Source of the DNA: an uncultured delta proteobacterium
GTDB lineage: Bacteria > Myxococcota > Myxococcia > Myxococcales > Myxococcaceae
NCBI GenBank assembly: GCA_963771175.1
Contig: CAVYSY010000007.1
Location: 32,001-96,000, forward strand
DNA length: 64,000 nt
Direction of reading: 5' to 3'
Part shown: piece after piece, positions 47,022-59,251 of the stretch
Numbering within the stretch: position 1 is the first letter of the stretch
Layout: every line of letters begins with the position of its first letter
Notes under the pieces: generated by a model
Database searches by the model: none
What the model saw: the letters and a program-made list of their open reading frames with translations, nothing else
Told to the model about the DNA's origin: nothing
Program-made: the position numbers and the translations under genes

Positions 47022-49574
47022 ATGGCGCACCCGACCGACGACAAGAACTTCCGACTCCCCCTCTCCATCCGTCCCCGGCGGTACGCGGCGACGCTGACGC
47101 TCGACCTGGAGGGCAAGAGCTTCACGGGACAACAGACCATCGAGCTGGACCTCGAGAAGCCCTCGAACGAGCTCATCCTGCACGCCATCGCGTTGCAGCT
47201 CGGCGAGGTGACCTTCCGGGGCGGCAACGGCAAGAGCCTGAAGCCCACCGAGCTGCGCGCGGTGCCGGCGAGCGAGACGGTGGTGCTGCGCTTCGGCGAG
47301 CAGCTCCCCGCGGGCGCGGGAGCGCTGGACGTGGCGTGGACGGGCCGCTTCACCGAGGGCCTGCGGGGCATGTACCTGGCGGGCAAGGTAGCGGCCACGC
47401 AGTTCGAGGCGGCGGACGCGCGGCGGCTCTTCCCGTGCTTCGACGAGCCGGCCTTCAAGGCGCGCTGGGCGCTCACGGTGCGGGTGCCGCCGGGGATGAC
47501 GACGCTGGCCAACGGGGCGCTGGTGAAGGACGAGCCGGACGGCGACCTGCGCAAGCTGACCTTCCAGGAGACGGAGGTGCTCAGCTCGTACCTGGTGGCG
47601 CTGGTGTGCGGCCCGCTGGTGGGCACGCCCGAGGAGAAGGTGCAGGGGATTCCGGTGCGCACGTGGGCGCTGCCGGAGAAGCAGCACCTGACGCGCTTCG
47701 GGCAGGACGCGGCGCTGGCGGCGCTGCCCCGGCTGCAGGAGTACTTCGGGCTGCCCTACGCCTTCGGCAAGGTGGACCAGGTGGGCATCCCCGACTTCGA
47801 GGCCGGCGCGATGGAGAACGCGGGCCTCATCACCTACCGGGAGATCGCCCTGCTGTTGGACCCGACCACGGCGCCGCTGTCGGTGCAGAAGCGGGTGGCC
47901 GAGGTGGTGACGCACGAGCTGGCGCACCAGTGGTTCGGCAACTGGGTGACGATGGTGTGGTGGGACGACCTCTGGCTGAACGAGGCCTTCGCCACGTGGA
48001 TGGCGTACAAGATTGTCGACGCCTGGAAGCCGGACTGGCGCGTGTGGCTGGACTTCGACGCGGGCAAGGCGGCGGCGATGCAACTGGACGCGCTGCGCTC
48101 CACGCACCCCATCCACGGCGAGGTGCGCAACGCCAGCGAGGCGGGCGAGAGCTTCGACCTCATCACCTACGAGAAGGGTGGCGCGGTGCTGCGCATGATT
48201 GAAGGCTTCCTCGGCGAGGAGGCCTTCCGCGAGGGCATGCGCCAGTACATGCGCACGCATGCGCGCTCCAACGCGGTGGCGGACGACCTGTGGAAGGCGC
48301 TGGCCAATGCCTCGTCGCAGCCGGTGCTGGAGCTGGCCAAGGCGTGGATTGGCCAGAACGGCTACCCGCTGGTGTCGGTGGCGGTGGACGGGCGGACGGT
48401 GACGCTGTCGCAGCGGCGCTTCTACTCGGAGCCGGGCGTGCGCGGCGAGGAGCGCTGGCCGGTGCCGGTGGTGCTGCGGTACTCGGACGCGGGCGGGGTG
48501 CACGAGCAGCGCGTGCTGCTGCGCGAGGCCCAGACGCAGGTGACGCTGGAGGGCTCGGGCGAGGTGCGGTGGCTGTGCGCCAACGCGGGCTCCACGGGCT
48601 TCTACAGGGTGGCGTACGACGCCAAGGCACTGGAGCGGCTGTCGGCGAACCTCCAGACGCTGGCCCCCTCGGAGCGCATCTCGCTGCTGGCGGACCAGTG
48701 GGCGCTGGTGCGCAGCGGACAGGAGTCGGTGGCGTCCTTCCTCGAGCTCGCGGGCCGATTCGGCGACGAGGAGGACGACACGGTGCTCGACGAGCTGGTG
48801 TCGCGGCTGGCCTACGTGGAGGGCCGGCTGGTGGAGGGCGCGGAGCAGGAGCGCTTCCGCCGGTGGGTGGAGGAGCTGCTGGGGTCGGGGCTGAAGAAGC
48901 TCGGCTGGGACTCGGCGCCGGGGGAGTCGGACCGGGTGAAGCTGCGGCGCGCGGCGCTGGTGCGCGCGGTGGGTGGAGTGGCGCGCAGCCCCGAGGCGCT
49001 GGCGGAGGCCCGGCCCCGGGTGGAGCGGGTGCTGGCCGGGGAAAAGAACGCGCTGGAGCCGAACCTGCTGGACGCGGCGGTGGGCATGGTGGCGCGAGCG
49101 GGAGACCGGTCGCTCTACGAGAAGCTGCTGGAGAAGATGTTGGTGGAGCCGGATCCGGCGACGCAGCGGCGCTACCTGATGGCGCTGACGGCCTTCGAGA
49201 ACCCGGCGCTGGCGGACGCCGCGCAGAAGCTCTTCTTCACGGACAAGGTGAAGATGCAGGACGTGGCGAGCTTCGTGACGGGCCTGATGGGCAACCGGAC
49301 GGGCCGGGACGCGTGGTGGGCGGAGATGCAGAAGCGCTGGAAGGACGTGCTGGCGAGGACGGGCGGGGCGCCGATGCTGCTGCGCCGGGTCGTGGAGTCC
49401 ATGGGCGGGCTGCGCGAGCGCAAGCAGCTCGACGAGGCCCGGAAGCTGTTGGCGGCGCACCCCGTGGAGGAGGCGAAGCAGGCCACCGAGCAGACGCTGG
49501 AGCGGGTGTCGCAGGACGTGGCGCTGCGCGAGCGCGCCATGCCCGAGGTGAGTGCCTGGCAGAAGCGCAAATAG
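47022..49574 (+). CDS. M1 family Zn aminopeptidase (PSA/ERAP-like)
   Basis: TQFEAADARR.FPCFDEP, GAMEN, HELAHQW...LWLNEAFA, YEKG. Confidence 0.97.
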   Translation: MAHPTDDKNFRLPLSIRPRRYAATLTLDLEGKSFTGQQTIELDLEKPSNELILHAIALQLGEVTFRGGNGKSLKPTELRAVPASETVVLRFGEQLPAGAGALDVAWTGRFTEGLRGMYLAGKVAATQFEAADARRLFPCFDEPAFKARWALTVRVPPGMTTLANGALVKDEPDGDLRKLTFQETEVLSSYLVALVCGPLVGTPEEKVQGIPVRTWALPEKQHLTRFGQDAALAALPRLQEYFGLPYAFGKVDQVGIPDFEAGAMENAGLITYREIALLLDPTTAPLSVQKRVAEVVTHELAHQWFGNWVTMVWWDDLWLNEAFATWMAYKIVDAWKPDWRVWLDFDAGKAAAMQLDALRSTHPIHGEVRNASEAGESFDLITYEKGGAVLRMIEGFLGEEAFREGMRQYMRTHARSNAVADDLWKALANASSQPVLELAKAWIGQNGYPLVSVAVDGRTVTLSQRRFYSEPGVRGEERWPVPVVLRYSDAGGVHEQRVLLREAQTQVTLEGSGEVRWLCANAGSTGFYRVAYDAKALERLSANLQTLAPSERISLLADQWALVRSGQESVASFLELAGRFGDEEDDTVLDELVSRLAYVEGRLVEGAEQERFRRWVEELLGSGLKKLGWDSAPGESDRVKLRRAALVRAVGGVARSPEALAEARPRVERVLAGEKNALEPNLLDAAVGMVARAGDRSLYEKLLEKMLVEPDPATQRRYLMALTAFENPALADAAQKLFFTDKVKMQDVASFVTGLMGNRTGRDAWWAEMQKRWKDVLARTGGAPMLLRRVVESMGGLRERKQLDEARKLLAAHPVEEAKQATEQTLERVSQDVALRERAMPEVSAWQKRK

Positions 49575-49595
49575 CCCACGCAGTACGCTCTTCAC

Positions 49596-49629
49596 CCTCC
49601 CTCCGCCGGGCATCTCCGACGGAGGGAGG
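49596..49629. terminator. Hairpin between convergent aminopeptidase and fghA
   Basis: CCTCCCTCCGCCGG-GCATCT-CCGACGGAGGGAGG (one mismatch). Confidence 0.55.
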
Positions 49630-49635
49630 AGTGCG

Positions 49636-50488
49636 TCAGCCGAGCAACGCCTGGGCGTGATGGCGCAGGTGATCGTCGATGAAGGTGGCGATGAAGTAGT
49701 AGCCGTGGTCGTAGCCGGGCTGCCGGCGCAGGGTCAGCGGGTGGCCCGCGGAGGCGGCGGCGCGCTCCAGGGCCTCGGGCAGGAGCTGGGTGGCCAGGAA
49801 GTCGTCGGCATCGCCCTGGTCGATGAGGATCGGCAGCCGTTCGGTGGCTCCGGCGATCAGCGCACTGGCGTCCCACTCGCGCCAGGCCGCGCGGTCGGGC
49901 CCCAGGTAGCGGCTGAAGGCCTTCTCTCCCCAGGGACAGTTCATCGGGTTGCTGATCGGCGCGAAGGCGGAGACCGACAGGTAGCGTCCCGGATTGCGCA
50001 GCGCGCAGACCAGGGCCCCGTGCCCGCCCATCGAGTGCCCGCTGATGCCTCGCCTCCCGTTGAGGGGGAAGGTCCGCTCCACCAGCGCGGGCAGCTCGTG
50101 CACCACGTAGTCGTGCATGCGGTAGTTGCGGGACCAGGGCTCACGCGTGGCGTTGAGGTAGAAGCCCGCGCCCATGGCCGAAATCGAAGGCTCCCTCCGG
50201 ATCGCCCGGCACGTCCTTGCCGCGAGGGCTGGTGTCGGGCACGACCACGGCGAGACCCAGCTCGGCCGCCAGCCGCTACGCGCCGGCCTTCTGCGAGAAG
50301 TTCTCGTCCGTGCAGGTCAGGCCGGAGAGCCAGTAGAGCGTCGGCACCTGCTCGCCGCGAGCGGTCTGCGGCGGCAGGTAGACGGCGAACGTCATGTCGC
50401 AGCCCAGGGTGCTGGACCGGTGGCGGTAGCGCTTGAGCCAGCCGCCGAAGCACTTGTGGCTGGAGACGAGGGTCAGGTTGTCGCTCAT
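49636..50488 (-). CDS. fghA: S-formylglutathione hydrolase (frameshifts 50170-50280)
   Basis: [41 protein letters not shown]. Confidence 0.93.
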
Positions 50489-50502
50489 GGGAGGCCTCCG
50501 GC

Positions 50503-51668
<1,166 letters not shown>

Positions 51669-51758
51669 TTAGCTAATCCATGGGAGCGGGCGGATCTTCA
51701 CCGGTCCGGGAAAAGATTGTTGCCGTCCAGGGATAATCCCGAGACAGATGGACCCACC

Positions 51759-52649
51759 ATGAACCGGTGGGAAGGAATCGACGAGTTCGTCGCCGTGGCC
51801 GAGACGAGCAGCTTCTCACGCGCGGCCGAGCGCCTGGGAGTCTCCTCCTCGCATGTCAGCCGGCAGATCAGCCGCCTGGAGGACAGGCTGCAGGCGCGGC
51901 TCTTCTACCGCACCACCCGGCGCGTCTCGCTGACGGAGGCGGGGCTCACCTTCCTGGCCCACTGCCAGCGCCTGGCGGAGGAGCGGGACGAGGCCTTCCT
52001 CGCGGTCAGTGACCTGCAGGGCACGCCCAAGGGGCTGCTGCGCATGACATCGGCGGTGACGTACGGCGAGCGCTTCATCGTGCCGCTGGTGAACGCCTTC
52101 ATGGCGCGGCATCCGGGGCTGCGGGTGGACATCCACCTCACCAACGACACGGTGGACCTGGTGCGAGAAGGCTTCGACCTGGCGATCCGCCTGGGGCGGC
52201 TGACGGACTCCACGCTGGTGGCGACCCGCCTGGCGCCGCGGGCGATGTACCTGTGCGCCGCGCCGGAGTACCTGGAGCGCTACGGCACACCGCACAGCCT
52301 CTCGGAGCTGGAGCGCCACCCGTGCCTGATTGGAACCTCCGATGTCTGGGTGTTCCAGGCCGAGGGCCGCGAGCAGCTCTTCCGGGCCCGCGGGCCGTGG
52401 CGCTGCAACAGCGGCGCGGCGGTGCTCGATGCGGCGCTGCGGGGCTTCGGCCTGTGCCAGCTCCCGGACTACTACGTCCGCGAGCACCTGCGCGCGGGCC
52501 GGCTCATCTCGCTGCTGGAAGCCAACCAGCCACCGAACACCGCCGTCTGGGCGCTCTACCCGCAGAAGCGGCACCTCTCGCCCAAGGTGCGCCTATTGGT
52601 GGAGCACCTCAAGCGAGAGCTGCCCCTGCTGCCCGAGTACCGGGCCTGA
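51759..52649 (+). CDS. LysR family regulator divergent from frmA
   Basis: SFSRAAERLGVSSSHVSRQISRLE...RTTRRVSLTEAG; EGFDLAIR. Confidence 0.96.
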   Translation: MNRWEGIDEFVAVAETSSFSRAAERLGVSSSHVSRQISRLEDRLQARLFYRTTRRVSLTEAGLTFLAHCQRLAEERDEAFLAVSDLQGTPKGLLRMTSAVTYGERFIVPLVNAFMARHPGLRVDIHLTNDTVDLVREGFDLAIRLGRLTDSTLVATRLAPRAMYLCAAPEYLERYGTPHSLSELERHPCLIGTSDVWVFQAEGREQLFRARGPWRCNSGAAVLDAALRGFGLCQLPDYYVREHLRAGRLISLLEANQPPNTAVWALYPQKRHLSPKVRLLVEHLKRELPLLPEYRA

Positions 52650-52670
52650 GCCATCCGAACCGAGAAACGT

Positions 52671-52752
52671 CGGCCTCCCGGCCGCGCTCTTCCAAAACCT
52701 GTCCGACTGTCGGACAGGTTTCTCCAAACCGAGCCCGGAGGGTCCTCTGTCC
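52671..52752. repeat. REP-like dispersed element, copy 2 (inverted relative to copy 1)
   Basis: Core AAACCTGTCCGAC-T-GTCGGACAGGTTT; flanks match 10669..10750. Confidence 0.9.
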
Positions 52753-52792
52753 GCAGGCCTCCTCCTGCACGGACTTACTTCGGATGGCTTGG

Positions 52793-53820
52793 CTACGACG
52801 GGCCTTCGGGACGACGCAGGCCAAAGGCTTCCGCGAGCAGTTCGTAGGAGCGCACGCGCGCCGCGTGGCTGTGGATGTGTGACGTCACCATGAGCTCGTC
52901 CGCCCCCATCTTCCGGGCCAGCTCGAGGAGCCGGGCTCGGACGCGCTCGGGGGTGCCCACGACGAGCATCGAGCGCGAGGCGCGGACCTGCTGCAGCTCG
53001 AAGGGGGTGTACGGGTACGCGCGCGCCTCCTCCGGGCTGGGAATGGGCCCGTTGCGGCCATTGCGGATGTTGACCCACAGCAGGTCGTGCGTCAGCGCGA
53101 GCTCCTCCGCGCGCTCCTCCGTCTCGGCGCAGACCACCGATACGCCCAGGATGGCATAGGGCCGCGCGAGGTACTCGGAGGGCTGGAACAGGTTCCGGTA
53201 CGCGGACATGGCCGGCAGCGCCATCTCCGGGCTGAAGTGGTACGCGAACGCGAAGCCCCGGCCGAGCGCCGCGGCGAGCCGGGCACCGAAGTCACTGGAG
53301 CCGAGGAGCCAGATGGAGGAAGCGGGACACCCGGCGGTGAGGCCCGCACCCGGGCGAAGAGGTCGTCCTCGGGGAACTCGGCCTCTCCGGCGAAGGCGCG
53401 CAGGAGCTGGAGCTGCTCCGGGAAGTCATCCGCGGAGAGGGCCTCCACGGAGCGGCGCAGGGCCAGCGCGGTGACGCGGTCCGTTCCGGGAGCGCGCCCG
53501 AGCCCCAGGTCGATGCGTCCCGGGTAGAGCGCCTCGAGCGTGAGGAAGTTCTCCGCGACCTTCAGGGGCGAGTGGTTCGGGAGCATGATTCCGCCCGAGC
53601 CGACGCGCAGGTGCTGGGTCTCGCGGGCGAGGAGGCCGATCATGATCTCCGGCGCGGAGCTGGCCAGGCCCAGGGTGTTGTGGTGCTCGGCCACCCAGTA
53701 GCGCGTGTAGCCGAGCGCGTCCGCCCTGCGCGCCAGGTCGATGCTGTTGCGCAGGGCCTGAGGGCCCGTGGAGCCCGTGCCGACGGGAATCAGGTCGAGG
53801 AGGGAGAGAGGAAGAGACAT
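52793..53820 (-). CDS. LLM-class (luciferase-like) flavin-dependent oxidoreductase, frameshifted near 53300-53340
   Basis: RYWVAEHH, RVGSGGIMLPNH, PGRIDLGLGRAPG, ADELMV. Confidence 0.9.
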
Positions 53821-53838
53821 ATCGGAACCCGGCTGTCC

Positions 53839-54882
53839 TCAACCCTGGGAGTCCACGTCCGAGGCCGGCTCCTCCATCGAGTCGGTTCCCGCGCCCTCCC
53901 CCACGTCCCCATCCCGGCGCTGCTGCACCAGGTGGAGCACGATGACGGCATCGAGGGTGAGCAGGCCCGGCAGGAAGACCCAGGGGCCGGCGGTGTAGGG
54001 GCTCATCATCAGGAAGAACCACGTCGTGAGCCAGACGCCCATGAGGACGAGCACGATGGGATGCAGCGCCGCCAGCCCGCGCTGCCGCAGGGCGAAGCTC
54101 GCGAGCAGCACGAGGGTGAGCTGGGTGAACGTCGCGAGCGGCTGCTCCCCGCCGGAGGCCCCGAAGAAGGGCGTGTTGCTCCGGGCCCAGGGAAGCAGGA
54201 GCGCGAAGGAGCACACGGCGGCGCCCACCACCACCCAGCGGTTCAGGCGCTGACGGAGGCTGCCCTCGTACAGGTAGTCGAAGTCCTCCTCCGACGTGGC
54301 GAAGAACCGCTGCCCCTGCTCGTAGCCGAGCACCAGCGCGGCGAGCAGCCACAACAACGAGACGGGCCCGAAGCCCAGCATCAGCAGGGCATGGGCACAG
54401 GTGAGCGCGGCGTAGGCCCGCGCGATGCCCGGATGCTGCGTCTCCTCGGGGAGGTTCTCGAGTGCCGCGGGCAGGGCGCGGGCCTCCGCGGTGCGCAACT
54501 CCTGCACCCCAGGCTGGGTGATGACGCGCCACTCGTTCACGGCCACCAGCGCGCCGCCCAGGAGCATCACCAGCGAGCCCGGCAGGCCGATGCCCGGGAC
54601 GAACGGCAACACCGAGAGCAGGATGGCGAGTCCCACCAGCCCCAGGCCGAGCAGCGACAGCGAGCCACCCGGCAGGCGCGAGCGCAGGCGCGGATCATCC
54701 AGCACCCCCGCGATGGCGTCGCCGAGCTGCCCCGCCACGTCCCGGACGGGGGCGAACACCTTGGAGAGCACCTCCGAGAGACGCTCGAAGGGCGAGGGAG
54801 GCGGGGGCTCCCACTCATAGGACTCGTCCCCGGTGCCGTAGTCGGCGTTGGAGTCCTCGGAGCCCTTCGAGCGGAAGGCCAC
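53839..54882 (-). CDS. Hypothetical multi-pass membrane protein
   Basis: Several hydrophobic segments; acidic termini. Confidence 0.75.
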   Translation of the reverse strand: MAFRSKGSEDSNADYGTGDESYEWEPPPPSPFERLSEVLSKVFAPVRDVAGQLGDAIAGVLDDPRLRSRLPGGSLSLLGLGLVGLAILLSVLPFVPGIGLPGSLVMLLGGALVAVNEWRVITQPGVQELRTAEARALPAALENLPEETQHPGIARAYAALTCAHALLMLGFGPVSLLWLLAALVLGYEQGQRFFATSEEDFDYLYEGSLRQRLNRWVVVGAAVCSFALLLPWARSNTPFFGASGGEQPLATFTQLTLVLLASFALRQRGLAALHPIVLVLMGVWLTTWFFLMMSPYTAGPWVFLPGLLTLDAVIVLHLVQQRRDGDVGEGAGTDSMEEPASDVDSQG

Positions 54883-55022
54883 ACTCGAGGCAAACGCCCT
54901 GCGTCACATCGGGGATGGGTTGGCCACAGTGCGAGCAGTTCATGGGGATCCGAAGCAGGGGGACCCCAGTCTAGGCCAGACGCGGCTCGCGGCGGTACAG
55001 CCCCCCGACCGCCCTGGCAGCT

Positions 55023-56090
55023 TCACCACAGCATGTCTTGATCCTCGGTGACCCCGGGCACCCCGGACAGCGAGTACGTCCGGCCGTCCACCCGCACCGT
55101 GCCCTCGAAGAAGCCAAGCGGCTGGGCGAAGTGGCTCACCACCACCTTGAAATCGTGGTCCTCGCGGTGGACGTAGAGGGGCTGGAAGCGCAGGTCCACC
55201 GCGCCGTCCACCGTCCTCATGTGCCACGGGCTCATCAGCTCTTTCCGGTCGTACTCGAAGACGGCCCGGGCGAGCGGGTAGAGCTTGTCCCCCAGCCAGA
55301 GCGCGTTCTCGTTGGTGCCGGCGCTCTCGTTGAAGCCCTCGACGAGGTTGAGGCCCACCGGCGTTCCGTCCGCCAGCCGCCCCGCGAGGAAGGCCCACCG
55401 CCACGAGGTGTGCCGAGCCATATAGCCCTGGGTGTAGTCCGTCCCGCCCACCCCACCGTCCAGTCGGAAGCGCTTGCCTCCCGCCTCCAGGCTGCCGAAG
55501 GCCAGCATGCCGCCGCGCTTCTGGGTGACGTTGACGAAGCCGCCTCCCTCCACGGGGGCGATCACCGTCAGCGCCGGAGGGCCTCCGGCCACCAGCAGTT
55601 CCCCATCCCACAGGAAGGATTGGAGGCTGCCCGTGCGCAGCCGGCTCACGTCCACGTTCAGGTGGTAGCGCTCGTCGTCCTCGCCGCGCCGTGCCGTGAA
55701 CCGCCCGCCCAGGGTGCGGAACGAGGCCGTCAGCCCCGCGCCGGGCTTGTCGCTCACCTCGGCGAGCGGGCCGGGCGCGCCCAGGAAGCTCACATCGCAG
55801 AGGGGACGCTGCTCCTTGAGGTCCAACGCCACGGCGAAGGCGTTGGCCGAGTAGCCCACGTCCACCACCGCGAAGAGCGCGAGCACCTCCGGCGTGGCCG
55901 CCAGGGTGTAGTGCCAGCGCTTGCGTTTGAGCAGCCGGGCCGGGGCCGCCGCGGGGGCCCACCGGCCCTTGAGCCGGGAAAGGTCCACCTCGGGCAGCTC
56001 GCCCTGGTAGGTGCCGAATCGGGGTTCACCCGACGCCGTAGCCACGGAGGCTGGCGCAGGAAGGAGACTCAGTTCTCGCTCCGGGGTCAT
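55023..56090 (-). CDS. DUF2804-like protein
   Basis: KRWHY, DYTQGYMARHTSWRWA, GLNLVEGFN, ENALW, HFAQPLGFF. Confidence 0.8.
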   Translation of the reverse strand: MTPERELSLLPAPASVATASGEPRFGTYQGELPEVDLSRLKGRWAPAAAPARLLKRKRWHYTLAATPEVLALFAVVDVGYSANAFAVALDLKEQRPLCDVSFLGAPGPLAEVSDKPGAGLTASFRTLGGRFTARRGEDDERYHLNVDVSRLRTGSLQSFLWDGELLVAGGPPALTVIAPVEGGGFVNVTQKRGGMLAFGSLEAGGKRFRLDGGVGGTDYTQGYMARHTSWRWAFLAGRLADGTPVGLNLVEGFNESAGTNENALWLGDKLYPLARAVFEYDRKELMSPWHMRTVDGAVDLRFQPLYVHREDHDFKVVVSHFAQPLGFFEGTVRVDGRTYSLSGVPGVTEDQDMLW

Positions 56091-56193
56091 TTCCTTCCCA
56101 AGGTGGGCCATGCCCTTCCATATGCCACCCGGCCCACGAGTACGAGGGATGACTTACGCACAGAACGGAATCGCCACTGTGCGGGGTGGACCC

Positions 56194-57237
56194 TCACCCC
56201 TGCCCCTCCAAGGCGTCCCAGCGAGGGAAGCGACGGTAGCGCTCGCGGAGCTGCGCCACGTCGTGCTCGAACCAGCGGCGGACCCAGTCCGAATAGGCCG
56301 CGTGGGCCGAGGGCCACGGCAGGGCACCCGAGGCCGCGCGCACCACCGCGTGGCCCGCCATCATCCCGGACATCAGCGCCTTGAGCACGCCGTGGGAGGA
56401 GGCCGGGTCGAGCACCGCGGCCGCGTCGCCGACCATCAGGTAGCCGGGGCCAGCCGGGGACTCCACGCGCCGCCAGGTGACGTCCGCGCCTCGCGTGCGC
56501 CCGAGCGGCTCGCACTCGCGCAGCTCCGGGGCCGCCATCCATTGGGCACGGGCCGCCCATCCAGGGTCAGTCGGGTCCACTGACGGACCCCCGGCCGCAC
56601 CCGCGCCGTCCAGGTCCAGCCCTCGTCATCGGCCACGATGCGGGCTCCTCGCCATCGGAGCCTTCGGGCTCCACCACGTAGCCGTAGGTGGCCACCAGCG
56701 TGGGAGAAGCCTTCAACCGGGGGAGGTCGAGCTGGCGGGCGAGCCAATGCGCGCCCCCTGCCGCGTCGATCACCACCCGGGCGTGGAGGGGACCCGCGTC
56801 CGTCTCCACGCCCACCACCTCGCCACGCTCGTCTCGGAGCGGGTGGAGCGCGCGGCGGGCTGCAACACCTCCACCCCCAGCGCGCGTGCCCGCTCCAGCA
56901 GGAGGGCATCCAGCTCGGCCCGCCACGCCTGGAAACCCAACCACGGGCCGTTCGCGTCCTGGCCGAAGGGGACGAACTGGCGTGGCCCATCCCACTCCAC
57001 CCAGAAGCCCGGGTAGCGGACGAAGCGGGCGGCCCGGACCGCGTCGCCCACACCCAGTTGCGTGAACAGGGGCTCGACGCCCGGGTGGAGCGACTCTCCC
57101 GGACAGTCTCGCGGGAAGGCGGCCCGCTCCAGCACGAGCACGGACAGCCCGGCCGTGGCACAGGAGATGGCGGTGGCGGACCCGGCCGGGCCTCCGCCGA
57201 TGATGACCACGTCCACGCTACGTGCCGTGCCGCTCAT
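56194..57237 (-). CDS. FAD-dependent oxidoreductase (halogenase/GGR-like superfamily), several frameshifts
   Basis: IGGGPAG, FPR..PGESL, VIDAAG, GWTW, VGDAAAVLDPASSHGV. Confidence 0.85.
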
Positions 57238-57322
57238 CCAACCAGGTCCCCGCGGCGGCACACTTCAGCAAGAACCCATCGGGTCGATCAACAGGTCGAC
57301 CCGCTGAGGATGGGGGAGAAGT

Positions 57323-58495
57323 TCACGAGCGGCCGAAGACGATGCGCTCGTCGCTGAGCAGCCGGGAGATGAGCGACAGGCACACCGCCGTCAACGCGAG
57401 GCTGCTCACCGTGCCCAGCACGAAGGGCAGCGCGCCCAGCACCTCGCCGCGCATCAGCTCGGACACCAGGAGCTGCTGTCCCAGCACGGGCACTCCGTAC
57501 ATCCACATCTGGCTCTGGATGGGAGACAGCGCCAGCACCATGCCCGGCAGGGTGGGCAGCATCATCAGGAGCTGCAGGTACGTCTGCGCCTCCTTGTACG
57601 AGCGCGCGAAGGTGGCCACCAGCATCTGCGCCGCCGAGGCCAGCAGCGCCATGGGCAGCATCGCGCCGATCATCGCCACCGCCGTCGCCGGCTCCAGGCT
57701 CACCTTCACGCCCAGGTCCTGCAGCGGCACCCGCTTCGCGATGACCACGAACGCCACCGAGACCACCACCACCGTGACGCAGGAGAACACCGTGGTGGCC
57801 AGCCACTTGCCCACCACCAGCGTCCCGCGCTGCACGGGGTTGAGCAGCAGCGGCTCCAACGAGCCACGCTCGCGCTCGCCCGCCATGGTGTCGATGGCCA
57901 CGTTCAACCCGCCGATGAAGCAGGCCATCACCAGGAAGATGGGAATCATGTTGAGGATGCTCGCGGCCAGCCGCTCGGGCGTGGCCAGGTCCACCTCTTC
58001 AATCTGTACGGGCGAGGCCAGCTCCGGCGCCACCCCGCGCGCCAGCAGCCGCTGCATGCCCAGGACTCCCGAGTACCGGCTCAGCAGCACCTGGATGCGC
58101 TTGACGTTGGCGCGCGCCTTGTTGCGCGAGTTGTCCACCACGAGCTGCACCTTCGCCGAGCGTCCCGCCGCGAAGTCCTTCCCGTAGTCCTCGGGGATGA
58201 CGAGCACCGCGTCCAGCGTGCCCGCCCGGATGCCCGCTTCGTAGTCCGCCGGAGCCTCGACCAGCTTCGCCCCGGAGCGCTCCAGGAAGGCCATGAGGCT
58301 CGGCGCGTGCGCCCGCCCCACCACGGGCAGCTCCACCGGCTTGTCCTGCCGGTTCCACGAGGCAATGACCGTGAACATCACCGCGAAGACGATGGGCCCC
58401 ACCAGCGAGCCGCCCAGCACGCTCATCACCGAGCGCCGGTCGCGCAGATGGTCCCGCATCTCCTTGCGAAACACCGCCGAGAGGAGCGCCTTCAC
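57323..58495 (-). CDS. ABC-2 permease (NatB-like)
   Basis: KEMRDHLRDRRS, AGERERGSLEPLL, ARSYKEAQ. Confidence 0.92.
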   Translation of the reverse strand: MKALLSAVFRKEMRDHLRDRRSVMSVLGGSLVGPIVFAVMFTVIASWNRQDKPVELPVVGRAHAPSLMAFLERSGAKLVEAPADYEAGIRAGTLDAVLVIPEDYGKDFAAGRSAKVQLVVDNSRNKARANVKRIQVLLSRYSGVLGMQRLLARGVAPELASPVQIEEVDLATPERLAASILNMIPIFLVMACFIGGLNVAIDTMAGERERGSLEPLLLNPVQRGTLVVGKWLATTVFSCVTVVVVSVAFVVIAKRVPLQDLGVKVSLEPATAVAMIGAMLPMALLASAAQMLVATFARSYKEAQTYLQLLMMLPTLPGMVLALSPIQSQMWMYGVPVLGQQLLVSELMRGEVLGALPFVLGTVSSLALTAVCLSLISRLLSDERIVFGRS

Positions 58496-59226
58496 TGCAT
58501 CAACCCCTGGTCACTGCCGATGACCGTCACGAATGCCTCCTCCAGGCTGTCCTTCCCCGTGCGCGCGCGCAGCTCGTCCGGGGAGCCCTCCGCCACCACC
58601 CTGCCCCGCGCCACCACCACGATGCGGTCACACAGCGCGGCCACCTCCTGCATCACGTGGCTGGAGAACACCACGCAGTGCCCCTGCTCGCGCAGCCGGC
58701 GGATGAGCGTGCGCACCGCGCGCGTGCTCATCACGTCCAGCCCGTTGGTGGGCTCGTCGAGCAGCACGTTGCGCGGCCCGTGCACCAGCGCCCGCGCCAG
58801 CGCCACCTTCATGCGCTCGCCCTGGCTGAAGCCCTCGGTGCGCCGGTCGGCGATGTCCTTCATGTCCAGCAGCTCCACCAGCTCGTCGATGCGCTTGTCG
58901 AGCGCGGCGCCGGACAGGCCGTGCAGCTCGCCGACGTAGTGGATGTGCTCGCGGGCGGTGAGGCGCGGGTAGAGGCCGCGCGCGTCCGGCAGCACGCCGA
59001 GGGCCCGGCGCACCTCCACCGGGTGCTCGGCCACCTCCAGCCCGTCCACCTTGACGCTGCCCCGGTCCGGCCGGATGAGCGTGTAGAGCATGCGCAGCGT
59101 GGTCGTCTTGCCCGCGCCGTTGGGCCCGAGCAGTCCCGTCACCACGCCGTCCTCGGCGCGGAAGCTCACGTCCTCCACCGCCGTCACCGCGCCGAAGCGC
59201 TTGTGCAGGTTCGTCACTTCGATCAT
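58492..59226 (-). CDS. ABC ATP-binding protein (NatA-like)
   Basis: GPNGAGKTT, FSQGE, LLDEPTNGLD. Confidence 0.95.
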   Translation of the reverse strand: MIEVTNLHKRFGAVTAVEDVSFRAEDGVVTGLLGPNGAGKTTTLRMLYTLIRPDRGSVKVDGLEVAEHPVEVRRALGVLPDARGLYPRLTAREHIHYVGELHGLSGAALDKRIDELVELLDMKDIADRRTEGFSQGERMKVALARALVHGPRNVLLDEPTNGLDVMSTRAVRTLIRRLREQGHCVVFSSHVMQEVAALCDRIVVVARGRVVAEGSPDELRARTGKDSLEEAFVTVIGSDQGLMQ

Positions 59227-59251
59227 GGCTTTGCACTCGGCAGGCTGGCGC

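Noticed and set aside
44964..49613. 1549-aa minus-strand ORF and other long R/A/G/P-rich ORFs (e.g. 45284..48202, the extension of 34193..37579)
   Set aside because: Shadow frames of real genes caused by high GC; no family motifs.
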